Source of the DNA: Geosiphon pyriformis uo1
Lineage: Eukaryota > Fungi > Glomeromycota
Assembly (NCBI GenBank): GCA_016748015.1
Contig: JAAOMT010000602.1
Location: 124,001-188,000, forward strand
Length of the DNA: 64,000 nt
Direction of reading: 5' to 3'
In this document: piece by piece, positions 1 through 13,311 of the stretch
Layout: each line of letters begins with the position of its first letter
Numbering within the stretch: position 1 is the first letter of the stretch
Notes under the pieces: model-generated
Told to the model about the DNA's origin: nothing
The model's database searches: none
What the model saw: only the letters and a program-made list of their open reading frames with translations
Position numbers and translations under genes: made by a program

Positions 1-399
1 AATCCATTTAACCTATATTGAAAAATGTACAAATCTAATTGTGTTTATTTTGGAATTACAATTATATATTAATTCAAACTCATATTAAGCCAAGTTTTGA
101 TAAAACCATTCAAAATTTTTTTTATTATATCTTAACAAAGTGTGATCCTTCCAATATCTATTCAAGTTCCTACATAAATTTAAACTATAAGTTTGCATAA
201 TGCACTTTTTACATGTAACCCAGCCATCTAGACTTATGCTAAAACTACATTAGGTTATAGCATAAAAGGCAAAAGCCCAAATTTACTTATTTTACATATT
301 AGATAATTTAAATTCTTAACTTCCAAACAAATTGACTTACTCAAAATCTAGTTTTCTTAATATTAAAGATTTAACAACTTTCAAAAAGTAACCAAATGC

Positions 400-1397
400 T
401 TAAAATTAATATTATTTATATTAAAAAACTTTTTTATAACAAAAACTCCTTATTATCTATGTTATTACCAATAGAAAAACTCTTAAAATCTTTTGCAAAA
501 AAAGCTGAGTTTTTATTTTATTATTAAGTTTATTTCTAATAAACAGCAAAAATTTAACCAAAATTACCAAAAAGCCAATAGGCCTAATAATAGATTTAAC
601 CAAATTAAAAAAATTCTAAATTTAGGCTTTTAATAATATTAGTCTAAACTTATTATCAAATATAACTATATGAATAGCAATAAATATTAGAAAAACAATA
701 ATTTTAACATAGAATTTTAACTTAAATATAACAAAAACTTAAAAAAAGATTTTATAAAAAATTTTATAATTAAAAACAATATAATCTAAACTTTAACATT
801 TATAATAACATCAACATTTAAGAGTTTTTTACCAAATATTACTATTTTTTAAAATGCCAGTTTTAACAATAACAATAACATATTTTTATTAATAATTAAA
901 CTTAAAAGTTTAAAAGATAAAACAAATTTAATTATATATTTAAACAATTATATTACAAATCTTAAAAACAATATAACTCAATAAAAAATTAACTAATTAT
1001 CTTTTTTTAATTAATAAAAAAAGTATTTTAATATTGTTTTTCTTTATTAAAATTAACTAATAAGTAAAAATAGTTTTAAAAACTTTAAAAAGCTGAAATA
1101 ATTAATAATATATTGTTACAAATTATATAAAAACTAAAAAACAGTTTTAATATAAACTATTTTAAATTTTAGCAGTAGTATTAAATACAAAAGTAAAAAT
1201 TATTCATTCAAAAATATTTGATAATTAATAATTGCTCCAAAATACCATTAAAATAACAATATTTTTAAAAATTAAAAAAATTAAAAAAGCTTTAATTATT
1301 ATTTTATTAACTTAATTTTGGTAACTAAGTAATAAATACGTTAAAATATATTTGTTTTTAAAATTAATACTAATTCAAATTAAAAATGACAAGTATA

Positions 1398-1431
<34 letters not shown>

Positions 1432-2700
1432 AAATAAAAAAAAAGTTATTGTTTACAAAGAAAACAGAATTAAATATTATAATTAATACTAATACTATAA
1501 AATTAGTAAAAATTTTAAAAATTTTAAAAAAAGTTTATGTCTTATTTTTTACAAAAATTAAAACAGATTTTAATTTAAAAAAATTATTTTAAAAAACACT
1601 AAAAAAAATATTGAGGAACAATATTTCAAAAATATTAAGTATATTATTTTTAAAAGAGAAAAAAAGATTATTTTTAACTGTTTCTGTTTTTTTAAGCAAT
1701 TAAGTAGTAAAAAAAGATTAACAATAGAAAATAACTGCTTTTTATAAAACTTTTTACAATTATAACAATTATATTAGAATTGTTCTTAATAAATCACTTA
1801 AAATAAAACTTTAAAAAATTTATTTTTAATCAAAAACAAAAAAAGTGATAGTTGTTTTTTTGTTTTTTTCTTTAATTATAATTATAAAATACAAAAAAAT
1901 AAAAATTTTGCAATTATTTGCTATAATAAAGTATAGTTTTTCTATAGTTTAATTTAAGCATAACAAAAATAACTATAAATATAAATTATATGATTTGAAT
2001 ATTAACCAGTTATTTAAACTTATGTTAAAACAATATTAAGCTAAATTACTTAAATTTTCTATTTTATTAACAATTTATTTTTATTTTATTATAATGATTA
2101 AAAAATTTTAAATTCTTTAAAATAAGTAAATTAATATTTAATAAAAACAATTTTTTTAAATTAGTTTTATAATTATAATTTATTAAGTTTAAATTTTGAA
2201 AAATGTCTGTAAAAAAACAATTTTATTTTATAAATAAATATTAACAATAATAAAGTTAAAATATTAGTGCTTTTTATATATGTATTTGTTTTTATTAATT
2301 CAGCTTGTAGCTTTATATTAAATTTATTTAAGAAAAGTAAAATAAGTTGATAATAAACAAAAATATAGTTCATTCTACTTTTTGTAATTTATTTGTTTTT
2401 AAATACAATGACAAATTTTTGTGCATAAAAAATAACTAAAAAAAAATATATTGTTTGGTTATATAACTTACAAAACAATATTTATTATAATTTTTTATTA
2501 TAATATAGACTAATTGTTTAATATTTTTAAATTTAATAATTAAATTATATTTTTTAAAATGTTTTAAAATTAAACAGCAATTATTGTGTTTTATAGTTAA
2601 TTATAAAGTATTTATTTATAATTAAAGTAATATTTTTCTAAGCATATGCTTTATAAATACATATTTTTTCTATATGTATACTATAATATAGTTTCAAGTT
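400..2700 (-). mobile_element. Heavily mutated non-LTR (LINE-like) retrotransposon ORF1/gag relic, copy 1
   Basis: Minus strand at ~760-870 reads as a decayed zinc knuckle (K-C*-C-Y-Y-K-C-*-S-L-D-Y) and at ~545-620 as LVKSIIRPIGFLVILVKFLL. Anchors 788-860 (aaactttaacatttataataacatcaacatttaagagttttttaccaaatat) and 1840-1910 recur at 46665-46720, 47920-47995 and 63771-63850. Boundaries approximate. Confidence 0.6.
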
Positions 2701-5700
2701 TGGAACTTAAAGCTAAGTATACACTCTTCATATTCTGTGTGTACAAATAATTCTGAGTTTTTAGTATACTAATAAATACATATACATAATAATTGTATAA
2801 TAATAACCAATTAGAAATTTTTAATTGCTTGTTAAATAATCATAATATAGTATTAAATTTAATTTAAATTGATTAATTGGCTTGGTGACTAGTCATATGT
2901 AAAAAGTATATAGTTTATATTTACTATGAAATAATATTTATTTTATTATTAATTATTTTTTAAATATATATTCTTTTTAAGTAAATAAATATAGTTAGAA
3001 GTATTACTGTTATATATATAAAATTTAAAACTAATATTTTTATAATTTTTTGTATTTTTAATTATTATTAAATAAAATTTTTTTATATTAATTCAGTATT
3101 ATTACAATTAAGAAAAAAATTATTAGATAACAAATAAAATACATTTATCTAACATATTTTTTATTTACATATATGCAATATTTTTTTTATTTAACGAGTA
3201 CAGCCCAATCATTATTTAATACAATACAACATCAGAGTTTTCTAAATTAAACGCGACTTACGCACTTTCTACGCGTGACCAGCTAATAAGCAATATAAAG
3301 TTATTTATGTTTTAATATATAATGGTTTTTATAACTATATTATTTTTTGATTAACATTAAACAAGTTTTGCTTGTTTAAAATAATAAAAAATATAATAAG
3401 TAAATGGTAGTTCAAGTTTTTATATATGATTAAAATAATTAAATTATATATATTTAAATGCAAATAAATTGTAAAATTTTATTTTAAGTATAGTTTAATA
3501 TAAAATAATTTTTTTATACGGTTAATTTTTCTTTAAACTTATATTACAAAAGTTTGAATTTATTTTTCAAAATTATATATTTTTTACTTACATATTTTAT
3601 ATATTATAATTTAAAAATTGTATTAAGTAAACCTAAAATATTAGAGAAAAACATTTTTACTTGCAATTTTTAAAAAACAAAAAACAAATAGAATTTAGAA
3701 TATAGTCAATATTTTATTATAAAACTTAAAAATAATAAATTAATATTTATATTAAGTTATTTAAAAACTTAGTTAATACCAAAAAAAATCCAAAAAGCCA
3801 ACACAATAAAAAATAACTGAAAACTTATTAGAATATTATATATACCAAATAAAAACTATTACTTGATTTTAGAACTTATAAACAGTATATTTATGCAATT
3901 ATTTTAATTTTTTAACAGCTTTAATAATGATAATAATAATGATAATAATAATGATAATAAAATAAAACAGTTAATACACCAATACTTTATTTATAGAAGT
4001 TTTGAAAAGAAAATTAAAAGGAAATAAATTGCATAATTAAAACATTAAAATTAAGCAAATTAGTCAGTTATTATATTTTATAAAATAGATAATTTTTTTT
4101 GCAATAATATTGAAATTTTTTACCGCAATTATGGTTTAAAAAATTTTTAAACTTAAAACTAAAACTAATATTTAAAATATTTTTACAATTATTACCACTT
4201 TTGTGCTTGATTTTTTTTATTTTTAACATTGTATTATACAATTAAGATAGATACTTTTGTAATTTTACTTAATTTTAACATTGAATATTCCTATTTACTT
4301 GTATGCACTTTTATTTAATTAGATTGAAGTAATATATATATATAATACCTTTTTTTATTAATTATTAAGTTTATTGTAATATACTATATAGCTTTATGTA
4401 TTAAATAAATATAAAAAATATATTATTAAGAAAAGTAGATTAATATGATTATAAAAAAATTTTGTCTGCTAAAAATTACTATTAAATTAAATACAAAAAA
4501 CAGACATTTTATATTGTACAATAACAAATATTTAGAATTATATTAATATATATAAATCCGAATAATTAATATACTAATGCTAATAAAAATTCAAAATAAA
4601 AATGTATTAAATAAGTCAAATTTTATCTATTATATTTTTAAAAGATTTGTTCATAAAAATAAATATTTTAATTTAAATTTTTAATTTAAACATATTAGAA
4701 TAAAAAATTACAATTTTTTTCCTTTTTTTTTCTTTATTTGTTTTATTATTATTCTTAGTGAAAGTATTTACAAATAAATAATTATTAAATAACAACTAAT
4801 ATCTTTTATTAAATTTTCTTCGAAAAATTAACAGCTGTAATTTTTATAAAACTGATTATATCAATTAAATTGCATTTTTATTCAAATTGTTTTTTTGATT
4901 AAAAATTTTCTTGATTATTTTCATTTTATATAATATCTGTTTTTTTTGTTATTTATTAGCATATTATTCTGACCTATAATAATATATCAAATAAAATATG
5001 AATAATTAATTGTTAACAAATTTATTATATATGATAATATCAAAAAAATTTGTAATATAAATTAGTTTAAAATATTGTTAATTTAGCATATAGAGAGTCA
5101 TATGAGTGAAGATTTTAAAATCAAAATTTTGCAAATTTTAAATATTTTCATAATAAAAACTATATATTAACAACTTTTAATAAAACAGTTAAAATCATAT
5201 AAATATATATATTTAATTTAATTTCACATGTTAAAAAATCTAAATTGTTTTAAGAATGCAAAATTTAAGTAGAAATTTTATTGGCTATAATAAAGCTTTT
5301 AGGCTTTTTAACACTATATTTTGAAAAAACTTAGTGTAATCAATTAGTAATATTTATAGTGAATAAATATCGGAATAAATATCGAAATAATATAAAAGCT
5401 AATTGGCTGAAATAGAGAATTATGATCTGTTGAACAATTTAGATTCAGTTTGATAGATTTTTATGGATTTATTAAGATAAAAATTTGAAAAAATTGGTGT
5501 TTTTTTTGGACATTAATATGTCTGTTCAAATAGATCTTGTTGTATAATAATTTCTTGATGTCTGATCAAGGTTTAAATTTACTTACTGCAACATAATGTA
5601 TTATTGACTTGTTATGTGTGAAAAATGCACAGTTTATGTTTATTTTAAAAATATATGGAGATTGTAAAAGAGCTTCACTCAAGAAAATAAAAAAATAGTA

Positions 5701-6050
5701 ATTATCAAAAGAATCAATAATCGTATTGATATTTTTAAACTTATTATTATTTTTCAAATACATAATTTCCATTTTTTAAATAAATTATTATTATATTTTT
5801 AACTTAAATTATTGTACTATTCTATTTACACTATAAATTATAATATTTGACATAATTTTCGTAATATGTTATAGTTATTCAAAATTTTATCAGTTTAGTT
5901 CAATAAAATTTAAATTAAATTCATTTTTGCTTTTTACAATTATTTATTTATTCTTATTACATTTTGTTCAGTTTTAATTTTTATTTTGAAGTGTTTATGT
6001 TTGAAATTGAGAGAAGTTAACTAATATTTAAATTTAAATTTTTTTGAAAT
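2700..6050. repeat. Extremely AT-rich, C/G-depleted block of degenerate repeats (family not identified)
   Basis: Composition matches the identified TE relics. Only short, low-complexity ORFs. A small CpG-containing patch lies at ~3250-3280. Confidence 0.45.
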
Positions 6051-6299
6051 CCAAAAGCTTTTTTAGCCGAAGACTTTTCAGTTAAAAATTTAATTTTTCC
6101 CAATACATAAATTCTTACGCATTAATCTTGGTTTAAAAACCAAATCCAATTCAAGCAAGTTTTGAAATGGAGAATTTTTTCAAATTTCAATTTTTTAAAT
6201 AAATCTAAATTTTCCAATTTAATTTTCAATAGTTACGTTAAAGATCCAATAATTAAAATAAAACGAGACAAGAATCCTTTAACAAGCATGTAATTCTCA

Positions 6300-7800
6300 A
6301 GGTTTTATTGGCAAAATCTTGTTTTTGTGCTGAAGTGAAATGTTTTTTATCAGGGGAAAAATTATTTGCCAATAGCTGCTTAATCAAGCATCTCCCAATG
6401 TTTTGAAAAGCAAAAGTTATAAAGCCAAGCACTACTGTGGGTTGCTGACTTATAGACCACCATATTTTTTATATTCTTTATTGATTTTTAGGTCCAAAAT
6501 TTGATTTATATCCGAGTACTTCACATAATATAATCCAAAGAGTTGTACCTAAAAATCAATAAAGGGCATAAATCATAAATCTACGAGTCAGCAACTTACG
6601 TTAGATCATGCTTACATTTGGAGAAATGAATTTTTAGCAATTTTTTTGCGTAGAACTCACCGAATATGCTCCCAATCAATACAGTACCCCGGATACTGGG
6701 GTGAATATTGGAAATACCCGGATACATCAGTCAGCAACTTATGGTATTCTACATAGATAAACGTTTGGACCGACCCACTCCAGAAAATAAATAACTGCTT
6801 GGCAGATTGTTCACCAGCAAGCTTTTTAACTTGAGAAAAGATCATGGATTGAAAATAAATAGTTATTTCTGATCGATTTGTCAAGAATTACAAAAAAGGG
6901 TTATCCAAAGTAAAAAATTCATGATCTGAATCGCCGAATTATTACTTCTTAAAGACTCTAATTTCTTTGCATTTTTTGACAACAACTAATTTTTACCGAT
7001 ATAAGAAATCTCATCTCATCGAATATTAAAACTCACTAGTGCTTTCACATTTCTTAAAGTTTTTGAAATATCGCCGGAGGAGGAAATCATTCATTTCGTT
7101 AATCCAATTGGCTTTTAAATAGCAAACATGATATGTATATTTTCAAGATTGAATGCTCACTGATAAGGTAAACCAGACGAAAATCTAGAGCAATAATCCT
7201 CATTTTTTCTTAAAATTTAACGATCTCTAATGACCTTTTTATAAATGTCAAAAAAAGATATATCAATTTCTTCTTTATAGAACAGCTCCAGCATCATGCT
7301 GCAAGGTGATGACAAATAAATTTAAAGGGTTTGGCTCCAAAACGTTTAACGAATATTTCATTAGGTCAGCATATCTCAGGCTAAAGATCGCCCTACAGTT
7401 TGTTAGTTTCAGTCCCAGTAGGCATTATACAGGTATTTGATCCAGAGCCTTTGTAATGCTAAAGACAATTACGAAAACTCGATTAACATTCCCAATATTT
7501 AAAATTTTGTAGATACTTGCCTAGTTTGCTTTCAGGGTTAGTTTACCAAAAAAAACCGATAAAAAAAGTTTTCCTTGTAATCAAGAAAGCTTGGCCATGG
7601 CTTCTAGACTCTTTCCTTGACCTCACATTAGAGCCTAAAGTCTTCATTTCTCGTCTACGTGAAAAAGGACAAAATAATAGGAATTTTCTATTTCTCATAT
7701 TTCGATGTTTGACCCCCATTAAAAGTAGACTTCTACGAAAGGCCATTAAAAAACGAATAAAGCCATGGTCCACGTGTAGTTTTCCTGAAATTATAGAAAA
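6300..7800 (-). pseudogene. Degenerate multi-exon gene remnant, product unidentified
   Basis: Gene-like GC content with intact CpGs and minus-strand splice-like sites (e.g. GTGAGT at ~7036 and ~6660). No frame stays open. Confidence 0.3.
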
Positions 7801-9919
7801 CTCAACAGCGAATTGACTTTATTAAAATGGTTGATAGTGACGTTCTCCTACGAGTCCCTCTTCGAAAATACACGACTTGAAATACGAAATACGAAATCCG
7901 GTTGTTACTCAATGAATTCTCGGTTCGATCATCCTCAATGCTGATTTAAATTCTTTTGTCAAGAATATTCGTTCAATTCACGATGCGCCGATTTTTAAAT
8001 TTTTCTTATTCGACTCTTATCCTTTCGATCTCAAAAACAATTTTTCCTTTATAAAAAATATTTTCCATTTTTACATTTGTTTTTAGCATTTTATGAAGAT
8101 TGGTTATGAAAAAAAATTATGTTATTTAAAACTATGTTTTCCCAAAGAAATTATTTTTTGGGCGCAATTATATGCCTTTCTTGATGAAGCCAAGCAAATT
8201 TGGTTTTGCAATAAATTTTAAAAATATGAATCTTGAAATTTTTTTAAATGAAACTTATGAATCTTGTTAATGACACAAACCAAGTGGAAGCCCACTCTCT
8301 AAATTACACAAACTTTTGCAAAGAAAAGAAAATTTTTTGAGGCCACAATTGACCTCAATTTAATATTAATATTTTGTTTTTAAGTGGTGATATTTATTTT
8401 CAAACTTCTGGATGCTGGAAACTAAACCAAATTTATTGCGGTAGAGGAAAAAGCAGCAAACTCGATTATTCAAACTCTCTTTTGAGTAAGATCATTATAA
8501 CAAAAATTTGTATTTTGTAAGGTCCCAAACCAAAACCAACCTAATTCGCGAAAATCTTCAAAGCAAAATGACGGAAAGTATATTTAAAAGTAAACAATGA
8601 AGTCAAAACCTCAAAATTGGAAATAATAATTTTGAAGCAGCTGTTATAAAGAATTTAAATTGTACAACAATAACAAAATAAAAAAGCATAATTTCTTCTT
8701 ATTAGGTTTGAATTTATAAAATTCTCTTTACTAGTAAATGGTCTTGACGAAATAAAAATCATTAGTTTTAAAATTATTACTTAATGATTCGAGAATAAGA
8801 AATAATTTGTAAATATTGACTTTAAATAACACAATTAAAATAAATTGATGTTTTAGCCAGTAACTTTTAAAGTTAATTCTATAAACTTTTTATTTTAGAA
8901 ATAGATAAAAATTATTTAATTTTATGCAGTAATTAATAAATTGAAATTTTATATTAAAAATTTATATTCATAAAAAAGGATATAAAAAAATCGAAATATT
9001 TTTGTGAATATTAAGAATATAACAATATTTAAAAATTGATATAAAATTCTATTCATTTAAAAAATTTATATTTATAATTTAATTAAAAATAAACAATGAG
9101 GCATTTATTCAAAGTTTTAAAAAAATCAAATAAAAAATTAATAATTTATAAAAAATAATGATAAAATAAAATAAAATCAAAAATTCTATATTTTTTGATT
9201 ATTTGCAAATTAATTTACAATTCTTTGATTCAAATATCTAAACTAAATTTTAATAAAAACATATTTTTCAAAATTAATAACTGGGAAAATAACAAACCTT
9301 ATCGTGTACAAAGATAAAGATCGCAAGATTTTATTCTCCAATCACGTCCATCAAAATTACTGCCGGATCTCCCCTCACATTAAAAAATTACTAAAATTAA
9401 ATTGTAAAAAGTGGTATGATTATTGGCAGTCATTTACATTTAACCTTTGAGTAGAATTGAAAGAATTTATTTTTTGTAATGTTATTTCTTTCACTGTGAG
9501 ACGGATACATGTGGGTGAAAATTCAAACTTTTAGGCTCAAAGTTTGTTTAAATTTCAGCAAAAAATTAGAATATAATTATATTAGAACAAAAATATGTAA
9601 TTTTCTAAGAAATACACAAAAATTCTAAATATTATCAAGCATAACTTGAAAACCAAAAAATTTTTCTTCCTGAATTTTAATAACTAGTTTTGAATATATG
9701 AATTTTTCTAGTTTTTTATTTTATAATTTTCTTAAGAGTTTGATTAATTATATTTTTGCAAAAATTTGATTAATATTTAAATCTTGTTAGAATTTTTTAA
9801 AAAATATTTTCAAAATTTTTTTAAATAAAAAAATAAAATAAACAAAATTTAATATTTTTATTAAAAATTATTTTAATTTTTTAATTATCTTTTCAATTAC
9901 ATTATTATTTTAATTACAC

Positions 9920-9920
<1 letters not shown>

Positions 9921-9996
<76 letters not shown>
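9921..9996. repeat. (ATT)n microsatellite
   Basis: About 25 perfect ATT units. Confidence 0.95.
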
Positions 9997-9998
<2 letters not shown>

Positions 9999-11048
9999 TA
10001 TTTTATTTATTTTATTTATTTTTCAGTTAATATCTATTTAATTAATTACTCTTTTAAATAATATTTATTATATTTACTTATGTAAATTTATAAATTGTAA
10101 TGCTTAGTATTACTTTTTATATGAAATAAAAAATTTTATAAAACAAAATTCGTATTAAAAATATACTATCTGAGATCTAACTAAAAACAAGATAAAACAA
10201 AATTAAGAAATAAAAATAAAGATTAATAATTAATATTAATTAAACTTAAAATTTTGTTAATAAAAACGAAGTTATATACATAATAATTAAAAAAGTATAC
10301 GAAATTAATATAGTAATTTTATTAATATAAAATTAATATATTGTTACAGTTGAAAATTTTATAAAATTAATTCTAAAAAATGCCAACTAAAAACATAGAA
10401 TTATGGTAGTTGTAATATTTTTTATTTGAATTATATTTGTTCAAATTGGAAAAAAATAATAGTTTTATATACAACAACTTTTTTTGTTAATTGTTTAGTT
10501 TTTTGTTACACTATACTTAAATAAATGTTTAAAATGTTAATAAATATAATAATAAGAAATCAATTATTATAATTAATTAAATTTTACTAATCTCTAAATT
10601 ACACATCATATAAAGCTTTATTTTCAAAATTGCTCATTGCGACAAATATGGCAATTACCAAAAAAATAGCTCTTAAAACTGCAACTACTAAAAAAATCAA
10701 AAAGTTCCAACATGAGTACAAAAATGAAAATTAAATAGAACGTTGCAGACAAGAAATTCAGTTTTTAATTGGAAAAAAGCTTTAAAATATTACCAATACA
10801 CCAAAAATATTAAAATAACAGTAGTAAAACAACACGTGGAAATTTTGAATGAAATTATCCAAAATAGATAAAGCTATCAATAAAAAATCATAGGAAGTAA
10901 TTATTGATGATGTATTATTCTAAAAAATATAAATTTTATAATTATTTCGAATAAATTTTGGTAATTAGATATTCATGATAGTTGGAATCAATTTTTTTAG
11001 AATAAGATGATTTTAAAGAATGAATCGAACGAAAATAAATTTACATAA

Positions 11049-13307
11049 TTAATCGTCATCTAAGCTTGTTTCACTATCGTTATTACAATTTTCTTCCCTA
11101 TCACTATCATCTACATATGGGGCAACAGGGACTGCAAAAATTTTATAGTATTAGTTAAATTTAAATCCATAAGTTAAGATAAAACCATATTTGTTAATGT
11201 GTTACCATATTGACGTTTATCTAGGGGCACATAATTTTCCGGGTAAGTTGATTCATCGGAGTATGCCACAATAGAGTTTCTATCAGCTGGTACACCAGAA
11301 ATTTCATCACGAAGTTGCAAAGTTTCATGAAATAGCTGATACGCATTAAAAAGTACAAAATCACTCGGTTCTGCCCTCAATACAAGTCCAAGGTCCGGAA
11401 ATTGGATTTCACCACCTTTGAAGCGACCCAGCACCCAACAACCACACATTCCAAACTTAACATCATTGATATCCCGGTGAACATTGACACTACCAGAACG
11501 CTCTTTAGATTCTTGATTATCCTGAGCCGCCTGCTTAGAATTTGGATCACGTTTTTTCAAATTAAAATGAAAAACTTTCCATGGTGATGAGTGCCATTGG
11601 ATTTCAGGCGGAACTTGTAACATGGCGTATTTTTCATAAACATTCGGATACCAATGGTTGAAGAGGGCACCACCAATCGTATTCAACGCTTGTACTAAAG
11701 AATATATTGGGTTCGCGAGAAACTCGAGGTAACTTTTTGTCACTTTTGACCGGGTCAAACCAATGGAGAGAAACGGTAGGCGAGAAGATTTGGGCCAAAT
11801 TCCTACTGATGCTATTAATGTTCCTTTCACTCTTTTTGGCTTAAGGTGATGCATTTCAAAAGCTCTGCAAGTTATTTCAGCAGCTTGGTACGCATCAAGA
11901 TTCATAGCCTTCGTCATGTACCGTTTGAATAAGTGACCTAAAGTTACGAATTTATTATTAACAAAATGACCAAAGATGACATCTCGCTCCTGATCATCAC
12001 CAATAACACGAAATTTCTCCCTGGAGAAAGTTGGATGTGGATGACGGGAATGTTTTTCAATCTCCTCAATCAAGTTGCAAGGTGCTGCAAGTACAACTAA
12101 TTTACAAAAAAAAGGCATTAATTCACACGTGAAATCAAAAATATTTTTAAATACATAAATTCGTTTTTAAAAACTCGCTTGGTGGTTTGATCCATTCATC
12201 TTTTGCTTCATCCCCTATTTTATAATTAATAATTTCTGAAACACCCACATGTCCACTTTCAATTGTTGGCCATATCTCTTCGGGAACTTCGGATATGTGA
12301 ATTGCTCTTTCAAACTGACCCATTGCTAGTATTTCTCCTTTTGATAAATAGCGACAATTTTCACCGATAGGATGGGGTGGATCATAAATGTACACTGTTT
12401 TGCCGATATTTATTGCAGGGGCAGAGTCATCAATACTAAATCAGTAGAAAATCTTTAGCCATATTCTAATAGCGGTTGAAAGATACAAGTCTTTCAAAAA
12501 TATTTACGTAGGTAAATCACCGAACCAATCCATCCGATCTTCCTCTTTTAATATATTTACAAAGTCACGAGTGTTGGTTTTGACATTGGATTTTTTATTT
12601 GCATTGGTAGAACGTTTGGTATTTATGGCTGTAAGTTTGAGTCGTTTTGTGGGAGCTTCGGTGAGGCTACTTTCAACGGTGATTTCCTTGTTATTCATTG
12701 TAGGCTTGGAGCTTTCGTTGATAGCTATACTTTGAGTAACTTTTGGGGCAAATTCATCATTGCCTTTTATTGTCCTCTTGATGGCAGGTCTGCCTCTCTT
12801 CCCTTTATTAGACTGGAGGACAGGTTCATCATTGACCTTTGCCTTTCTATCGATGGGAGGTCTGCCTCTCTTCACTCTAGTAGACTGGAGGACAGGTTCA
12901 TCATTGCCCTTTGCCTTTCTATTGATAGGAGGTCTGCCTCTCTTCCCAGACTTATTTTTGATAGCCAGGAGGACAGATTCATGATAGTCTTTTGCCATAC
13001 TATTGGTGGGAGGTCTACTTCTCTTCGCAGGTTTACCTTCAGTAACCTGGAGGACAAATTTATCATCGCCCTTTGCCGTGCTATTGGTGGAACTCTTCGT
13101 AGTTTTACTTTTAGTAGCTTGTAGATCAAGTTCATTATTTATTTTTGTTACGTTCCTGGTGATATGTCTGTCTCTGTTGGCAGTTTCTCTTTTACTAGCT
13201 TCGGCAATAGGTTCAAGGTTGACTGTTGACAGGTTCTTTTTTGGAGGTCTGCCTCTTTTTTTTTTAACTTGAACTGTGGGCTCAGTATTAACATTTGGGA
13301 TTTTCAT
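11049..13307 (-). CDS. AT-hook-repeat protein with C-terminal TET/JBP-type 2OG-Fe(II) dioxygenase domain (~684 aa, 4 exons)
   Basis: Exons 13307-12508, 12435-12155, 12096-11206 and 11131-11049, with GT-AG introns of 72/58/74 nt. Phases match and the total is 2055 nt. N-terminus has KRGRPP/KRGRPA AT-hooks. C-terminus has HxD (VNVHRDIND), G-x-F-x-GG-x-I-x-FPDLG...PSDFVLF, distal His (LFHET) and 2OG-binding Arg (RNSIVAY), followed by an acidic tail (DDSDREENCNNDSETSLDDD). Confidence 0.85.
12740..13095 (-). repeat. Coding tandem repeat (72-81 bp units), each unit carrying an AT-hook
   Basis: aggtctgcctctcttc-like core at 12786, 12858, 12930 and 13011. Protein unit is KRGRPPI(N/D)RKAK(G/V)NDEPVLQS... 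Confidence 0.9.
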
Positions 13308-13311
13308 TATT

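Noticed and set aside
1386-2373. Short ORFs 1386-1592 and 2173-2373 (likewise 5566-5772, 58360-59940, 63198-63401)
   Set aside because: Low-complexity I/L/K/N/F ORFs arising by chance in hypermutated AT-rich repeats.
8800-11000. KDZ/Plavaka transposase or CxC domain next to the TET/JBP-like gene
   Set aside because: No recognisable motifs. Only AT-rich decayed sequence with a weak C-x-x-Y-G fragment near 10640.
12740-13095. Regularly spaced direct repeats as a CRISPR-like array
   Set aside because: The intervening sequences are themselves homologous and in frame. This is a eukaryotic coding repeat with no cas genes.
12732-13272. Overlapping ORFs with repeated motifs (12732-13124, 12760-12984, 12872-13135, 13003-13272)
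   Set aside because: Shadow frames of the coding AT-hook tandem repeat.
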